Notes: generated by a model from the letters alone, not told the origin. A stretch of DNA of 64,000 nt from Octopus vulgaris (GCA_951406725.2 OX597827.1:3596001-3660000), one strand, 5' to 3'. Positions 24,744 to 38,674 are shown, counted from the first letter of the stretch. A program made the numbers and translations.

Positions 24744-26161
24744 AAAATCCTTTGCATCCTGTTTTTTCTTTTGATAAATATATATATATATATAATATAT
24801 ATATGCTTGTTCCCCTATCTAGTGTTTGTTTATGTGCTTGTAACTTCGTGGTTTTTGCAATAGAGACTGGTAAAGTATGTGACTTAAAATTAAATGCTGG
24901 GGTTGATGTTTGACCAAACCCTGAATGACCACTGCCCAGTGACTGGAACAAGTAAAGTAATCCATTTCAATTTGAAACTGCATGGAAAAGCTGTTTATCA
25001 GTTGCCCAATATCTTTATAAAGCATTTGTTCTTCCTGATAAGAATTGTTACTAAACATTTCGCCTTAAAATCTTGGTTACAACCTATAAAAACGTATTCA
25101 ATGCATTCAGTTAGAAATCTTTTGTTGGTAGTCAAGGTTTCCAGCCCTGTAAGCTATCATATTACCCAACCCAAGCATCATATATTGATACACAAAGAAC
25201 GACAAGCTTGTATTGAAAAAGGGAAGAAGAAATCTACCTTCAACATTTACATAAGTTAACTGATCTCTGTTTCATTCCACATTGCATCTGTATCAAGATT
25301 ACTGACTCTGATCCACACACACACACACATACACACACACACACACACACACATTCAAATACATGCACGCAGATGTACAAATGAATGTATAACTACGCAA
25401 TATATGTGTGCATTCACATGGACATTCATGTGCACACATGCACACACAGATATATATATATATATGTGTACATAAGTGTATACACACACAAGTGTGCACT
25501 CAAGCACAAATATATGTTCATGAATATACATATGTGTATATAAACAAATAAACAATTGCACACGTAAAAATATATGTATACACCCACGCACACATCATGT
25601 AGCTCTGAAACTAAATTGTAATGAAATAAACATGCTATGCTTTGTGTACTGAGTTCCAGTTTTCCTGCTTGGGACAATCATCATCATCGTTTAACGTCCG
25701 TTTTTCCATGCTAGCATGGGTTGGACGGTTCAACTGGGGTCTGGGAAGCCAGAAGGCTGCGCCAGGCCCAGTCTGATCTGCCAGTGTTTCTACAGCTGAA
25801 CGCTCTTCCTAACGCCAACCACTCCGTGAGTGTAGTCGATGCTTTTTACGTGCCACCTGCACAGGTGCCAAACCTATACATAATACACACTCACACATGC
25901 ACACGTGCACGTGTGTGAGTGTATGTTATGGTGACAATCAGGACACCTCCTGTGAGAATGAACTATCCAAACTTGTATAAGAAACAGTGTATTCGACTGA
26001 AAGAGAGAGAGATGAGGAATTGCAGGAAGTCGAAAGGTGTTGCTCGTGAATTTGTGAAGTTGTTGTAGTTCATTGAGGGTTGTTTTGGATTGGTTATAGT
26101 TGTTGTCTACCCCTTTTCTGTAGTATTGTATATCACACTGTTATTAGTGCATGATATTAAA

Positions 26162-26461
26162 GGAGGCGCAATGGCCCAGTGGTTAGGGTAGCGGACTGGC
26201 GGTTGTAGGATCGCGGTTTCGATTCCCAGACCGGGCGTTGTGAGTGTTTATTGAGCAAAAACACCTAAAGTTCCACGAGGCTCTGGCATGGAGTGGTGGC
26301 GATCCCTGCTCTACTCTTTCGTCACAACTTTCTTTCACTCTTTCTTCTGTTGGCTTGCTCATTTAGCCAGCAGGGTGGCGTCATTGAAAGGCTAAAACAA
26401 GGCGAAGGGCATTGTGACCAGCGATGTGTAGCAACATCTGATAGCCTGGTCGGTCACAGTG
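26162..26461 (+). mobile_element. tRNA(Arg-like) SINE inserted in the 5' LTR
   Basis: Same family as 10780; flanked by attaaag duplication. Confidence 0.9.
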
Positions 26462-27089
26462 ATTAAAGTGATATATATAGAAACTATGTTATAAAAGTGG
26501 TGACAAGTGATTCAAAGCTTGCGTTAGTCATTAGCAATTTTTTAATGATACAAAATATTCATTAATTATAGAAGTACTATTTGCTAACATATTACAGTTG
26601 CAAGAGTAATAGCAACAGGAGTTGCACCAACAACTACACCAGCAACAACAATAACACAATCAGTTGCTGGAACTGATGTTGAAGTCGGGAAACACTGCAA
26701 GTTCATTTTCACCAAATTAGCTCCTTTAGAACATGAAAAATACTATAATTTTAACTTGCCTAAAATAACAAGTGAAATTTTTTCAAGAAAACAATTGAAT
26801 TGCTTTAGAAAATTACTGTTTTTAAATCCCACAACGAGAGATATTCAGCAACAGTACTTTGGAGTAAAGATTGTTTGCCAACATAACATGACAGTCCTGG
26901 TTTAGAACGAATGTTACTGTAATTTAGCCCTAGGAGACCTCGTCTCCAGCTGGCTATACAACACAATCTCTGTCCTTATATTTTTGAACAAGGGGAATCT
27001 AGCACCCCACTCAGCTCAAAACAATATCTAGACACAGGTAAGTGACATTACAATTATTGATACAGACAGGTGGAAGAAAGTTGGGAAAC

Positions 27090-27600
27090 CTATATCAATG
27101 AAAACATTGAAACTTGTGTGAGGTGTCACATGTGAAAGATCACACTTCTTAGGTGAAATGGTAACAGTCCATGGTCCAAGCTACATATAGATTTTGCTGG
27201 ACCGGTGAATTATCTGATCTTAGTAGGTAGCTATACCAAGTGGCTGGAGATATGTTAATGCAGTCAACCAACCTTGAAGGTAACAATAAGGTACCTTCAC
27301 AAAGTTTTTGCATGGTACAGTGTCCCAGATACCATAGTATTGGTAGACAGAATGCAGTTTTCGGGGTATGAATTTAAAAATTTCTGTGAGAGGTATGCAA
27401 TCAATCGCATCTCTATTCCACCATCCCACCTGAGATCAAATGGGTAAGCAGAAAGTTTCGTAGACACATTTAAGTGAGCACTAAAAAAAATCAGGAAGTG
27501 AATTAGGCAATAATGCAGCACTAACTCAATTCCTAAGAGTTTACTGGGTAACACTTAACCCAAACACCAGTTCAAGCAAGTCACCCACAAAGCTAATGTT
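27090..27600 (+). pseudogene. Gypsy integrase remnant
   Basis: PWSKLHIDFAGP..YLILVGSYTKWLEI; VPDTIV...EFKNFC...PPSHLRSNG*AESFVDTFK*ALKK. Confidence 0.9.
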
Positions 27601-27890
27601 TGCCTGGAATATAAAATCAATTTTTGAAAAATTGTTACCTACAAAAAAAAAACTTATAGGGAAAAACCTAAGAAACACAACAAAGTATTTTTAATGTAGG
27701 AGATAAAGTTCATTTCAAAATATATACAAATGGAAGACATGGTTGGGGGGACAGTATAAGGATGGAAAGAATAGTCAGTATGATGTTCATAATAAAAGGT
27801 CAAATAGAAGAGCACAAACAACATTTGAATTAGTTGATGACTAGACATACTGAAGAAAGAGAAGAAATACCAATGGAAGTTTGTTACCAC

Positions 27891-28299
27891 TTACTCTTTT
27901 ACTCTTTACTTTTTTACTTGTTTCAGTCATTTGACTGCGGCCATGCTGGAGCACCGCCTTTAGTCGAGCAAATCGACCCCGGGACTTATTCTTTGTAAGC
28001 CCAGTACTTATTGTATCGGTCTCTTTTACCGAACCGCTAAGTGATGGGGACGTAAACACACCAGCATCGGTTGTCAAGCAATGCTAGGGGGACAAACACA
28101 CAAACACACACACACGTATATATATACATATATACGACAGGCTTCTTTTCAGTTTCCGTCTACCAAATCCACTCACAAGGCTTTGGTCGGCCTGAGGCTA
28201 CAGCAGAAGACACTTGCCCAAGATGCCACGCAGTGGGACTGAACCCGGAACCATGTGGTTGGTTAGCAAGCTACTTACCACACAGCCACCCCTGCGCCT
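27891..28299 (-). mobile_element. Full-length tRNA/CORE-type SINE with (GAGTAAAA)n tail
   Basis: Head ggcgcaggggtggctgtgtggtaag, cttgggcaagt block, internal microsatellite, tail gactgaaacaagtaaaa. Confidence 0.9.
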
Positions 28300-29120
28300 T
28301 GTTCAATGTTTCAAGCCAAAAGAGGTTGAACGTAGGTCGATCAGTAATAGAAGACATAAAGAAACAGAATGACTAGAAATAGTTCCTAAGTGAAAGAAGT
28401 ATTAAAACTTCTGAGGAAATTAAAATCTCAAAACAGGGAGAGGTGATGAAAAATAAAAGAAGAAAATTAAATAAACAATTTGCACTTTCTTCAGAAGTCA
28501 TATCTCAAAAGAGGAGATGTTATGGCGAGAATCATGACACCTCCTGTGAGAATGGACTAACTGAACTCATATATGTAGCAGTGTGTTTGACTGAGAGCGG
28601 GAGATGAGAAATCGCAGTAAGTCAAAAGGTGTCACTCATGAGTTTGTTGATTTGCAGGAAATTGTTGAAAAATTGTCATAGTTTGTTGAGAGTTGTTTTG
28701 GATTAGTTACAGTTGTTGACAGAGTATTTGAAAATACATCGAGCAGAGACAGTTGGTGTCTACCCCGTTCCATGGTATCAAACTGTTATTAGTGCACGAC
28801 ACTAAGGTAACATATACAGAAACCACATTATAAAAGTATGTGTGTGTGTGATCATTGTTATCATTGTTTTAACATGCACTTTTCCATGCTTGCATAGGTT
28901 GGGCAGAATTTGTTGAGGCAGATTTTCCATAGCTGGATGCCCTTCCTGTCATCAACCCTCACTTATGTCCTAGTAACATTATATTTTCTTATAACCAGAT
29001 CTGTTTTCACAGAATCTGGAAATGAGGGACACTGTTTGTATGATAGTGACACTCATTTATGACCATCATACAATGTCAGGGCAAGAAAGCACTCTTAGAC
29101 ATTCCAATAGACACACACAC

Positions 29121-29273
29121 CAGGTGCGGTCCCAGAAATTTTTTGAAGGAAGGGCACAGAGTCAGAAGGGAATATAATTCCAGGAGAAAAAGCGTAACAA
29201 CATCATTTAAAAGAGTGCACTTCATTTCTTGAGTGGGAGGCACAAGCCCCCCCCCCCGCTGGCTCCGTCCCTG
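29121..29273. mobile_element. hAT-like MITE nested in a SINE
   Basis: Termini caggtgcgg / ccgtccctg. Confidence 0.55.
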
Positions 29274-29369
29274 TATACACATGTATATATATATATATAT
29301 ATATATAACAGGCTTCTTTCAGTTTCCATATACCAAATTCTTTCACAAGGCTTTGCTTTGGAAGCTCAC

Positions 29370-30045
29370 TATACAAAAAATGTTCATGTCAAACTGGGTA
29401 AAAGTGATACAAAAATCTCTGAAATTCTCCAGTCTGCTTATGGATTAAGCATCTGCTTTTTGGTGATGCAAGAATTCAGGCAAAGCAAGTCCACTGGAAA
29501 GATTATGATGACCTCCCTTTTTGATGGCCAAGGCATCATCGACATTCGCTGGGTTCCCTCTGGCCAAACAGTCAACAGAGAATACTTTGTGGAGGTTTAG
29601 AGTGAGTTCAGGAAGAGACTTTGTTGCGAAAGGCAGCAGCAACAGCATCAGCCGTTTAAGAATTTGGACCTGGAGATCTCCATTTCCAGCGACTTCGAGG
29701 GCCACTTCCCAGTGGTGTCGGGCATCAACGAAGAGCCCTCGACTACAACAAGACGACCAAAGTTTTTTTTTCCAAGGTCTGGGGTCTCCTGCCCCTAAGC
29801 CCTAGACCATCACCTAATCACCCTTAATCATCTTGCTGCTTAACAACAACAACAACAACAGCAGCAACAGCATCAAGACAATGCACCAGTCCACAATTCT
29901 ATCCTGGCAGCCAACAACTCATTAGAAATGGGCATCGGAACTTTCTCTCACCCTCCCTACAGTTCAGATCTTCTTCCCTGTGACTTTTGGTTGTTTCCCA
30001 AAGTGAAGAAGATGAAGGTGGTTATGACAAGGGTCCTGGATACCT
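29370..30045 (+). mobile_element. Mariner fragments
   Basis: KIMMTSLFDGQGII..VPSGQTVNREYF; HQDNAPVH; HPPYSSDLLPCDFWLFPKVK. Confidence 0.9.
29651..29858 (+). mobile_element. 208-bp retroposed insertion with (AAC)n tail
   Basis: 17-bp direct flanks CAGCAGCAACAGCATCA at 29634-29650 and 29859-29875. Confidence 0.7.
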
Positions 30046-31249
30046 TAGCCTGTGTGTACACGTATGCATATACACTCACACACACGCTCACGCATACATG
30101 GATATATTTCTTTATAGGCACCTTGTGAATGTGACTTCTATTATAGCTTTGTGAGTAGATTTGGTAGATGGAAACTGAAAGAAACCCACCATATATATGT
30201 ATGTATGCATGTGTATATGTAGGTAGGTATGTATGTATTTGTATACAAGGGCCCGGAAACAGGGGGTGCTGCGGGTGCACCTGCATCTCTTGGAATTTTC
30301 AGGTGGTGCAAGATCAAAATTTGCATCCCCTACATAATTTTACCAGTTTCAGAAAATAGTGTCTAAAAAATTATCTGAACAAGATGCTTGAAGCTAGATT
30401 TCAAAGCAAAAACAAAGAACAAAAATAAATAAATAAAAGTGATGAAGCAGGGCTTAAAATTCCCAAAGGAATTTATGACTAACCAACTTCTGAAGTAAAG
30501 TAGTGTCAAAATAAAAAGTATGTGACAACAACAAGAGTAGCAGCAAACAACAAGAACAACAACATGACCAGCATCTACAGCTACTCTTCAATACATAGCA
30601 TTACTTGGATTCTTGAAGACAGCTCTATTCTGACAAAAATAACTCCAAAATCTTGCAATGCTGAAAATGTGTGAAGGTTCTTGTCCTCTCTCAGTCTGTC
30701 ACCTCTCTCAAGTTTTTTGTAGTTGATGTCGATAAAGACTGACAACATGGTTGAATGGATTCAACTGTTTGACCTCAGCCTAAAAATAAAAGCCCTTTAA
30801 AAATTCTTTTAGTCATATTGGTTTTCTCATTTAGGTTGTTAGGCCCAAAGTTTGACAAGGGAACAAAATGATTTATTTTTATCTTTGATATTTAATGCTC
30901 ATTGTTAAATGCTTTGATACTTATTGCTCATTCGAAATACTAGTCCAGTTTAATAAAAAGAAAAAAAAAGATTTTGAAAAGAAATGATTGTAGACCAATC
31001 CCGAAATTACCTAATTTTCAAAGAAATGTATTCGACAATTTAAGACTAATTTATATAAAAAGGAAATGATATTAAAAGCATTACCTACCGTCATCCTGAC
31101 GCAGTTAACCATGAAGATCACTTCAGAGGTGCTTTTTTTTGCTCATAAGTCTAACCCTAGCTGAGGCCAGCACACCGGCTTATATGCTTTTAACAGGGGT
31201 TTTTAATTTTACTAATCTTAGCTGGTCCGAGGATTAAATCCAGCCTGGA

Positions 31250-31830
31250 ACTAAGCAACTGAAGTGGAGGGATATGAACCCTTTCCTCGATACAACAAAA
31301 GACTTTCCCATACAACAAATTATTACCCGTCCAATTAGGGGAAAATAGCATACTTGACTTTGTTTTTATTCACAATGTTCAGGTCATTCCCACAGCTATT
31401 TCTAACCAAAGCATTATACAATTATCTGTATATGGTACAAAGAAATATCCGACTCGCAGCATGGATTTTTACCCAGAAGATCTTGCCTAACAAATCTTCT
31501 CCTTCTTGAAGAATGGATTACAAAGACCATGGATGAAAAAGACTCGGTGGGCGTGGTATTTTTGGACTTTGCAAAGGCATTTGACTCCGTTAATCACTGA
31601 CTTCTCTTGCGCAAAATTCGAGCATTCAAGATTCATCCATTGGTGACTTTATGGATTTCTTCCTTCCTGAGCTATTGAACCTTTTGGGTGCAGATAAATG
31701 GAGATCTCTCCGCAGAGATGAATGCATGCAGTGGCGTTTCCCAGGGGTTGGTGCTGGGGCCAATACTTTTCCTTCTCTATATCAACGACTTCCCAAATTT
31801 TCTTGATGGAAGAGTTCTCCTATTTGCAAT
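31250..31830 (+). mobile_element. CR1/L2-type LINE reverse transcriptase fragment
   Basis: VVFLDFAKAFDSVNH, SGVSQGLVLGPILFLLYINDFP. Confidence 0.9.
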
Positions 31831-31939
31831 TTGTATTTTTACTGCTTATTTTAGCTCTGCTTGATACATTTCCAAAATTAAACATTTTAATATGCAAAAT
31901 ATACTTCACATTATTATATATACTATGCATTAATGCAAA

Positions 31940-32437
31940 AAATATTGTGTTTATTGGCTATCTTCAAAATGATCACACCATCAATGGAAAATTTCAATGC
32001 CAACTTCCTAAGGCAGTTATGAAAGGCTATCAAGACCAAACACCCAGAAAAACTGATGAATGGGGTCTTGTTTCATTAGGACAATGCTTCAGCACACAAG
32101 TCCTTGGTTTCAATGGCTGCTGTGTGTGACTGGCTTTGAACTGGTTGATCATCCTCCCTATGTTAGTGATTTGGTTCCTTCTGGTTATCATCTGTTTCCC
32201 AACATAGAAAAACACTCAGCTGAACACCAGTATCACTATGATGAGAACATCTTATCTGTTGTTGATGACCATTTTGATCAAACAGAAAAACTTCTTCACC
32301 AGTGTGACCCAAGCACTGCAACTACTAATGGAAGTGTGTGGACAGTAAGAGGAACTATGTTAGAAAACGAACTTCATTTGGTCACATTCCATTGAGAGTG
32401 TCTTGCTCAGATTATGAAAATTTCAGCCGACCCTCAT
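31940..32437 (+). mobile_element. Mariner 3' fragment
   Basis: GVLFH*DNASAHKS; FELVDHPPYVSDLVPSGYHLFPN; TIR-like end. Confidence 0.85.
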
Positions 32438-32817
32438 AATAATAAAAATTATTATTATACCTGCATTTTTTTAAATTTTAACATTGGAAAAATCCACATT
32501 TTTCATAAAAAAATTAGGACCTGGGTTTGCACCCCCTTAGCAAATTTTGTTGCTGGGCCACTGTTTGTATATTCTTGGCCAATGGCTTAAATCTACGGAT
32601 ACTAACAATACGCTGTATTAAATCCAAGCTAAACAGTGTTCATTTAACAAGATACCTCTTATTACATCACCAGACAAGACACTTCTGAGGGATGCACCAC
32701 AACTAGTTGTAGAATTTCCCACCCATGAGGTATTTTCTTTTACTCAAATCCAGGAACTTTCCAGCACCCCCGCGTGTATATTCTCTCCTTGTTTCTCTCC
32801 TTGTTTTTTTCTGTGTA

Positions 32818-32855
32818 TCTTTCTGTCGAAGAGCGTAGACTCGAAACATAAAAGA
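32818..32855 (+). ncRNA. Degenerate minimal hammerhead motif
   Basis: tcttt-CTGTCGA-a-gag(cgtaga)ctc-GAAA-CATA-aaaga; related to the 8594 family, followed by ttcctgagcg; two core changes. Confidence 0.5.
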
Positions 32856-33006
32856 CTTTTTCTATTCCTGAGCGCTATACTAATACATTTGTTTGTTTAT
32901 ACTCCACCTGCCTTTGTCTTTTGTTTATTTTCGTAAACTTTCCCGTTATATATATATATAGGCATATGTGTACAATGCACACACACACACATGCACACAC
33001 ACACAT

Positions 33007-33045
<39 letters not shown>

Positions 33046-34169
33046 CACGCACACACACACACACACACATAGAGGCGCATGCACATAAACGGTTACAAAT
33101 ATTTCATACCACTGCTACATTCAGTATGGAGGAAAATATTCAACCAAAACGTCCTCTTTGACAAGCATTAATCTGGAACTTTGAGCATTTGAAATGAGCA
33201 GTAAACTGTAAATGACACCAAAATTGTTATGACATGTTCACAGATGCACAGTGCAACAAAGATGTGTGGCCTGTGATATTTAAATAATGCATTAAACCGT
33301 TGACAGTTAAGAAGCTTACGGTGATTGTTAATCTATGGTTGCACACATCTAAGAAGTGTTGTGTCTTTAGTACATACTTCACCAATGTTTCTGTTGAAAA
33401 CTTTGATAGAAATCCTAATATCTCTATTTTGGCAGGTGTCAGGACATATGTTAACATTCTAAGCTGCTACATTCATGTCTTACATAATGCAGGAATGTTA
33501 AAAGCGGTAGGTGTTTCTTATCAACACCTTTTATAATTTATGCATTCAACAAAGTACACTTTCTTAATTCTCAGCAATCTGTTAACCTTTTCCCTCTCCA
33601 AAGCATTTTCACAAGTTGATCCTAAATGTTCATGCTGATCAAACTATCAAATGTGACTTATTTAAAGAAGATACATTATTATTTGAGGAAACTTTCATAT
33701 ACTTTGAGCAATGTAAATGCTTTTGTTTCACAAGTACCAAGTTACTCTGGTGGGATTGTGTATCATGTATAATGCATAGATGACAGGGAAAGATGTCCTG
33801 TGTACCACATGTGATACACAGGACAAGTAAAGGGCAGTTTTTATAATCTGTTGGAATCAAGTGGAGGTTTGCAGTGGCTTTTGTTGCTTGGCCCCTGCTT
33901 GGCTTTAACTGAGCAGACCTATCAAATACATTCCAGTAGTGACTACTCTGTCATTTTCTCTGATCAAACTATCAAAATGTGACTTATTTAAAGAAGATAC
34001 ATTATTATTTGAGGAAAATTTGGCAGCTATTTCTAGCGTTTTGAGTGACATTGTAGAAGCTCTCAGTGGAATGTTTTTCTTTAAGCAAAGTAATTCTTAG
34101 ATATTGTCAAATGGTGATAAATTCTATAGCCTACCCTTCTGTCAATAAAATAAATATATTTATATACCT

Positions 34170-34400
34170 ATTTCTTTATTACCCACAAGGGGCTAAACAC
34201 AGAGAGGACAAACAAGGACAGACATCGGTATTAAGTCGATTATATCGACCCCAGTGCGTAGCTGGTACTTAATTTATCGACCCCGAAAGGATGAAAGGCA
34301 AAGTCAACCTCAGCGGAATTTGAACTCACAACGTAACGCAGACAAAATGCCGCTAAGCATTTCACCCGGCGTGCTAATATTTCTGCCAGCTCGCCGCCTT
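34170..34400 (-). mobile_element. SINE
   Basis: Reverse complement of the 35268 family. Confidence 0.9.
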
Positions 34401-35267
34401 ATATACCTGAGATACCAGGTACTCTGGAGGAGCATTTTTTAATTATTTTCCTCCTGTATTTTTAGGCATTTTTCTGATAAAGGTTTCAAGTTTCTGGCTG
34501 TTATTGAACTACTTAATGTTTGGCAATCTTGTTTTCTATGTCACTGCTTTTGATTTTGACTTTGTAAAGCTTTAACACTATCAGGCAAGGTTTATTTGAA
34601 GTGAACAAACAAACATTTATGAACTGATTCTCTGCTGAAGTAAGCAAATATGCTGTTTTTGGCTAGAAATCACAATTATGTTAAATATTTGATGTCACAA
34701 AATTAAGTCTCCACACACACTATTAAATGTTCTGAAGATACACCAGGCTTCTCCGTTAGAAGAGTTTAGTATCAAAATATTAAAATGTTCCATGCATATT
34801 TTACCAGGTAACAAAAGACAGAAGCCTGGACCTAGTTTTAAAATTAAAACCACCATATTCTCATATTGTGTCTAAAATATACTTGATCCTATCTAAGCTT
34901 CTTAAAGCCTTACTGAAAGTCTTCTTAAAAGACATTTCCCCTCCCAAATGAGAGGTCTTTGTTTTGCAGGTACTGTTGCCACAAAAAAAGTGCTCATGCC
35001 AGTGTCACATACAATGCACTCATGGTGGTGCCGCATAAAATTCCCCATGTGCTGGTGGCCAGTAAAGAGCAACCATCACACTCTGTAATGGGATTGTGGT
35101 TAGAAAGGGTATCCAGCCATAGAAACTGTGCCAAAACAGACAGTTGGAGCCTGGACAGGTCTCCAGCTGACCAGCTTCTGTCAAACCATCCAACCCATGC
35201 CATCATAGAAAACACATGTTAAACAATGATTATGGTGATGTGGTGGTTGTGGTGATGGTACTGCTTC

Positions 35268-35497
35268 TGCGGCGAGTTGGCAGAAACGTTAGCGCGTCGG
35301 GCGAAATGCGTAGCCGTATTTTGTCTGCCGTTACGTTCTGAGTTCAAATTCCGCCGAGGTCAACTTTGCCTTTCATCCTTTCGGGTCGATTAAATAAGTA
35401 CCAGTTACGCACTGAGGTCGATGTAATCGACTTAATCCTTGTGTCTGTCCTTGTTTGTCCCCTCTGTGTTTAGCCCCTTGTGGATAGCAAAGAAATA
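35268..35497 (+). mobile_element. SINE
   Basis: ggcgagttggcagaaacgttag head, gagttcaaattcc B box, central block, tail gccccttgtgg..aaagaaata. Confidence 0.9.
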
Positions 35498-38144
35498 GAT
35501 ACTGCTACTGCTGCTGCTGCTGCTGCTGCTGCTACCGTTTAGGATGATAATGATGATGACAACACTACCTTCACTACTGAAGACAATAATGAACTCCATC
35601 AAGAGACTTCTCAAATTAGATCTAACAAATTACTAAGGAGAGGCAGTTTACTTTCTGTTAGCAAATTGTTTCCCAGTACACATCTACACCAGTTCAGTTC
35701 TTTGTTGTCATTTCATGATTGCTTGTTTGGTGCAGATTATAGTAACTGACTTCAAAACAAGGAGGTATAAAATAATTGCTTTTATTTTGGAAATGACAAA
35801 ATGAATGGAATACTACATTGACCATTGAATTTGTTGAGCCCAGACAAATATTGTTTGGAAGATTCAAAGGCTTCGGATCAACATTCAGTTTAGTTTAGTG
35901 TGTATAAAGAGCGAAATTATCTGAGTTCAAAAAGGAAAATGGTTCAGTTCAAAAGTGAAAACAGAAAGAAATATAATAATTTGTTGTCCGTTATCGTTAG
36001 AATGATTAAGTTTGGAGTAATATGAACAGAAAAAATTTAGTGTACATCACAATAATTTGAATTCTTATTTCAGTATAATAAAGTTTTACTTAAGTGCTAT
36101 TTTGTATGTATGTGTGTGTGTGTGTTGTTAAGTGTACATGGGTAAATTCTGCAATTAATAGTTTAGATTATGCTGAGAGAGAATATGATAACAAAAGTTG
36201 ATGGTGTTTAAATTATCCAGTTGTATGACCTAAGAGCAAGGAATTAATGGAAGAAAAATACTCTCAAAGATATTTAGTTGAATGGTCTAAGAGGAAAGGA
36301 CTTAACGAAGTAGAAAGAGGAAAATAAAAGAGGATAGACTGAGGGTAGGAATAATAACTACATTATTATATAAATTAGAATAAAAATAAGACAAGAATAA
36401 AAGTAGAATTATTTAGGCATAGTTGTGGTTGATAAATTGACGGTATTTATATTATTCTTAGAAGTCTTCTCTAAGAAAACTGTCAGATAATATATATCTC
36501 TCTGGATTTGTGATTAATGTTGCATATTGTGATAAGAAGAAGTTCTGTATGAAAGCAGTTGAGAAATGGTGATAGTTGAAGAGTAGTGAGGGTGGGAGGA
36601 AGAATTTAGAGACAAGATTAATGTGTGTGTTATTAATGTTACCAAATTATAATCAGAAGGTATGTGTTTGAGAAACTGGTTTGATATCAGAAGTAAGTTT
36701 ATTACTAAGGTAGAGAAAATACTAAACTATTTTCCTCTACTTTAGTAATAAATTTTGATTTCTAATAGCAACAGATTATTAATAATTACACAAGTTGTGA
36801 TCACTTGGTGTGTTGTAGGAAATTTGGTTTAATATGAAAATAATATATATATATATTGCTAATGTATAAAATGCGCATTGTAATAATGAGAGGGTAATAT
36901 TTTCACATCAGTGTTTATAACATGAGGGATGCAAGTCTATGATAATTATAAGGGTAACTTAATTATAGAGGTTTGTACTCTCAAGATACAACTAAACACG
37001 TTAATAAGTATATTGTAGTTGGAGATTATAATTAGGGTTTCACTATAAAGACGCATGTCTTTAAGTATAATGGTTTTAATCTTGTCTATGTATGATATTA
37101 TTTGACTAAAAGTGAATCTGTGAGAATATGATTTATAGATCAGTGTTAGATTTGGAAAGCAAAGTATGTAAGGAGGAAAGAAATGAGTTGAAAGGAATTA
37201 ATGTTGGTGTATATAGAGTTTGTATATCAATTTAATGTGGAAATACTATTAAATTATATATTTGTATATAACGCTTCTCCTGGGAGTGTTATATACAAAT
37301 ATATAGTTTTATGTCGCATTTAATATTTAATTTGCATATTTAACACAGAACTATTAGATTAAATTGGTTACTCTCATATAGGCATAATGTTTGTGTGTAA
37401 TATCATATTCTATGAAATTAAAGTTCAATACAAATTAGAAACAAGCCTCAAGCATGGTCATTACCTATCTTGGTATATCATTTGGCTAAAATGTTTAAGA
37501 GTATGGGCATTTGTAGATACATTGGGTGTGTCTGCTGAGGAATGTTATATTTACAAACAGAATTTCACAACTTTCACTTGTACAAACATAGCATAGTCTT
37601 TTTACTTCCATTGTTGTTGGAAACAGCATGCATTGTATTTTAGGCTTGTTGAGTGGATAGATTTCATGAGGATAAGTGACTATTATCATGGCAAAATCCT
37701 CATTCAATATCAAAGCATTTGAATTTTGATTTACTTAAGAAAATTATCCACCCTTTCTGCAGCCAACACATTTTAATGATTCATCCATTAATAAAATGTT
37801 GTATTTCAAAATCTAAGAAGATTCCAAAATAAAATTTAATATCTAGCCCAAATCAAAGTCAGATAAGTAATTGCATGAGTAGATACAGATAAATTAAGAT
37901 GTCCAACCTGATGAGATAACAGTTCACAATAATCCAAAAAGGAGGCCCTCGAATGAATCCAATAAAGAGAAAGAGTCTTAGGGCCGTTTCAGGGAATATG
38001 CATAGAAGTGTGTAGGTAAGACAAAATGCTTAAGAACTTACATTAATTATATACAAGTATAATTACTGAGTATTCTTAGATATATTTTTACAATCCCACA
38101 AATAATTTTATAATTTTCTTTTTAAAATTCCAAATCCACACATA

Positions 38145-38232
38145 TTCTCTGATGAAGTAAATGTGGATTACTGAAGTTCAAAAGGTCTTACCTACACACT
38201 TCTAGGCACATTCCTGGAAACAGCTGTATAAT
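38145..38232 (+). ncRNA. Decayed hammerhead motif overlapping inner inverted repeat (37928-38022 / 38185-38279)
   Basis: CTGATGA-agtaaatgtg...cacattcctg-GAAA-CAGCTGTA; stem I decayed. Confidence 0.5.
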
Positions 38233-38597
38233 TCTTTCTCTTTATTGGGTTCATTTGATGACTTCCTTTTTGGATTATTGTGAACTGTTATCTCATCAGC
38301 TTGGAATTCTTAATCTATCTCTATGTATTTATGCAATTACTTATTCAACTTTGATTTGGGCATGGAATTACTCTATTATATGTATATATATATATATATA
38401 TTATCTTTTTGTATGTTATGTGTTTGTATGCTTATAATGGCTTATATATAACAATAAAATACCGATGATTAAGTAAATTGCAAAAAAATAATAAAAACGT
38501 ATATAATAAATAATAAATATGTATATAATTGATATAGATATATAGATATATAGATATACATATATATATATACACATATATACACACACATATATAA

Positions 38598-38652
<55 letters not shown>

Positions 38653-38674
38653 CATACATATATATATATGTATA

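Larger units (their letters stand above)
25924..28835 (+). mobile_element. Decayed, internally deleted Gypsy LTR retrotransposon
   Basis: Two LTRs starting TGTTATGG (25924-26496, 28518-28835), PBS-like tggtgacaag, PPT aaaagaggaga, integrase remnant. Confidence 0.9.
30246..32563. mobile_element. hAT-superfamily element with nested cargo
   Basis: Imperfect TIRs caagggcccggaaac / gttgctgggccactg; exact 8-bp TSD TTTGTATA. Confidence 0.85.

Noticed and set aside
26598-26905. Apparent exon with good acceptor (VARVIATGVAPTTTP...)
   Set aside because: Lies just after the Gypsy PBS; better explained as an alternative frame of the decayed Gln-rich gag start
27220-27554. C-type-lectin-like words (ENC, GIWDTVPC) in minus-strand ORFs
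   Set aside because: Antisense shadow of the clear plus-strand integrase remnant
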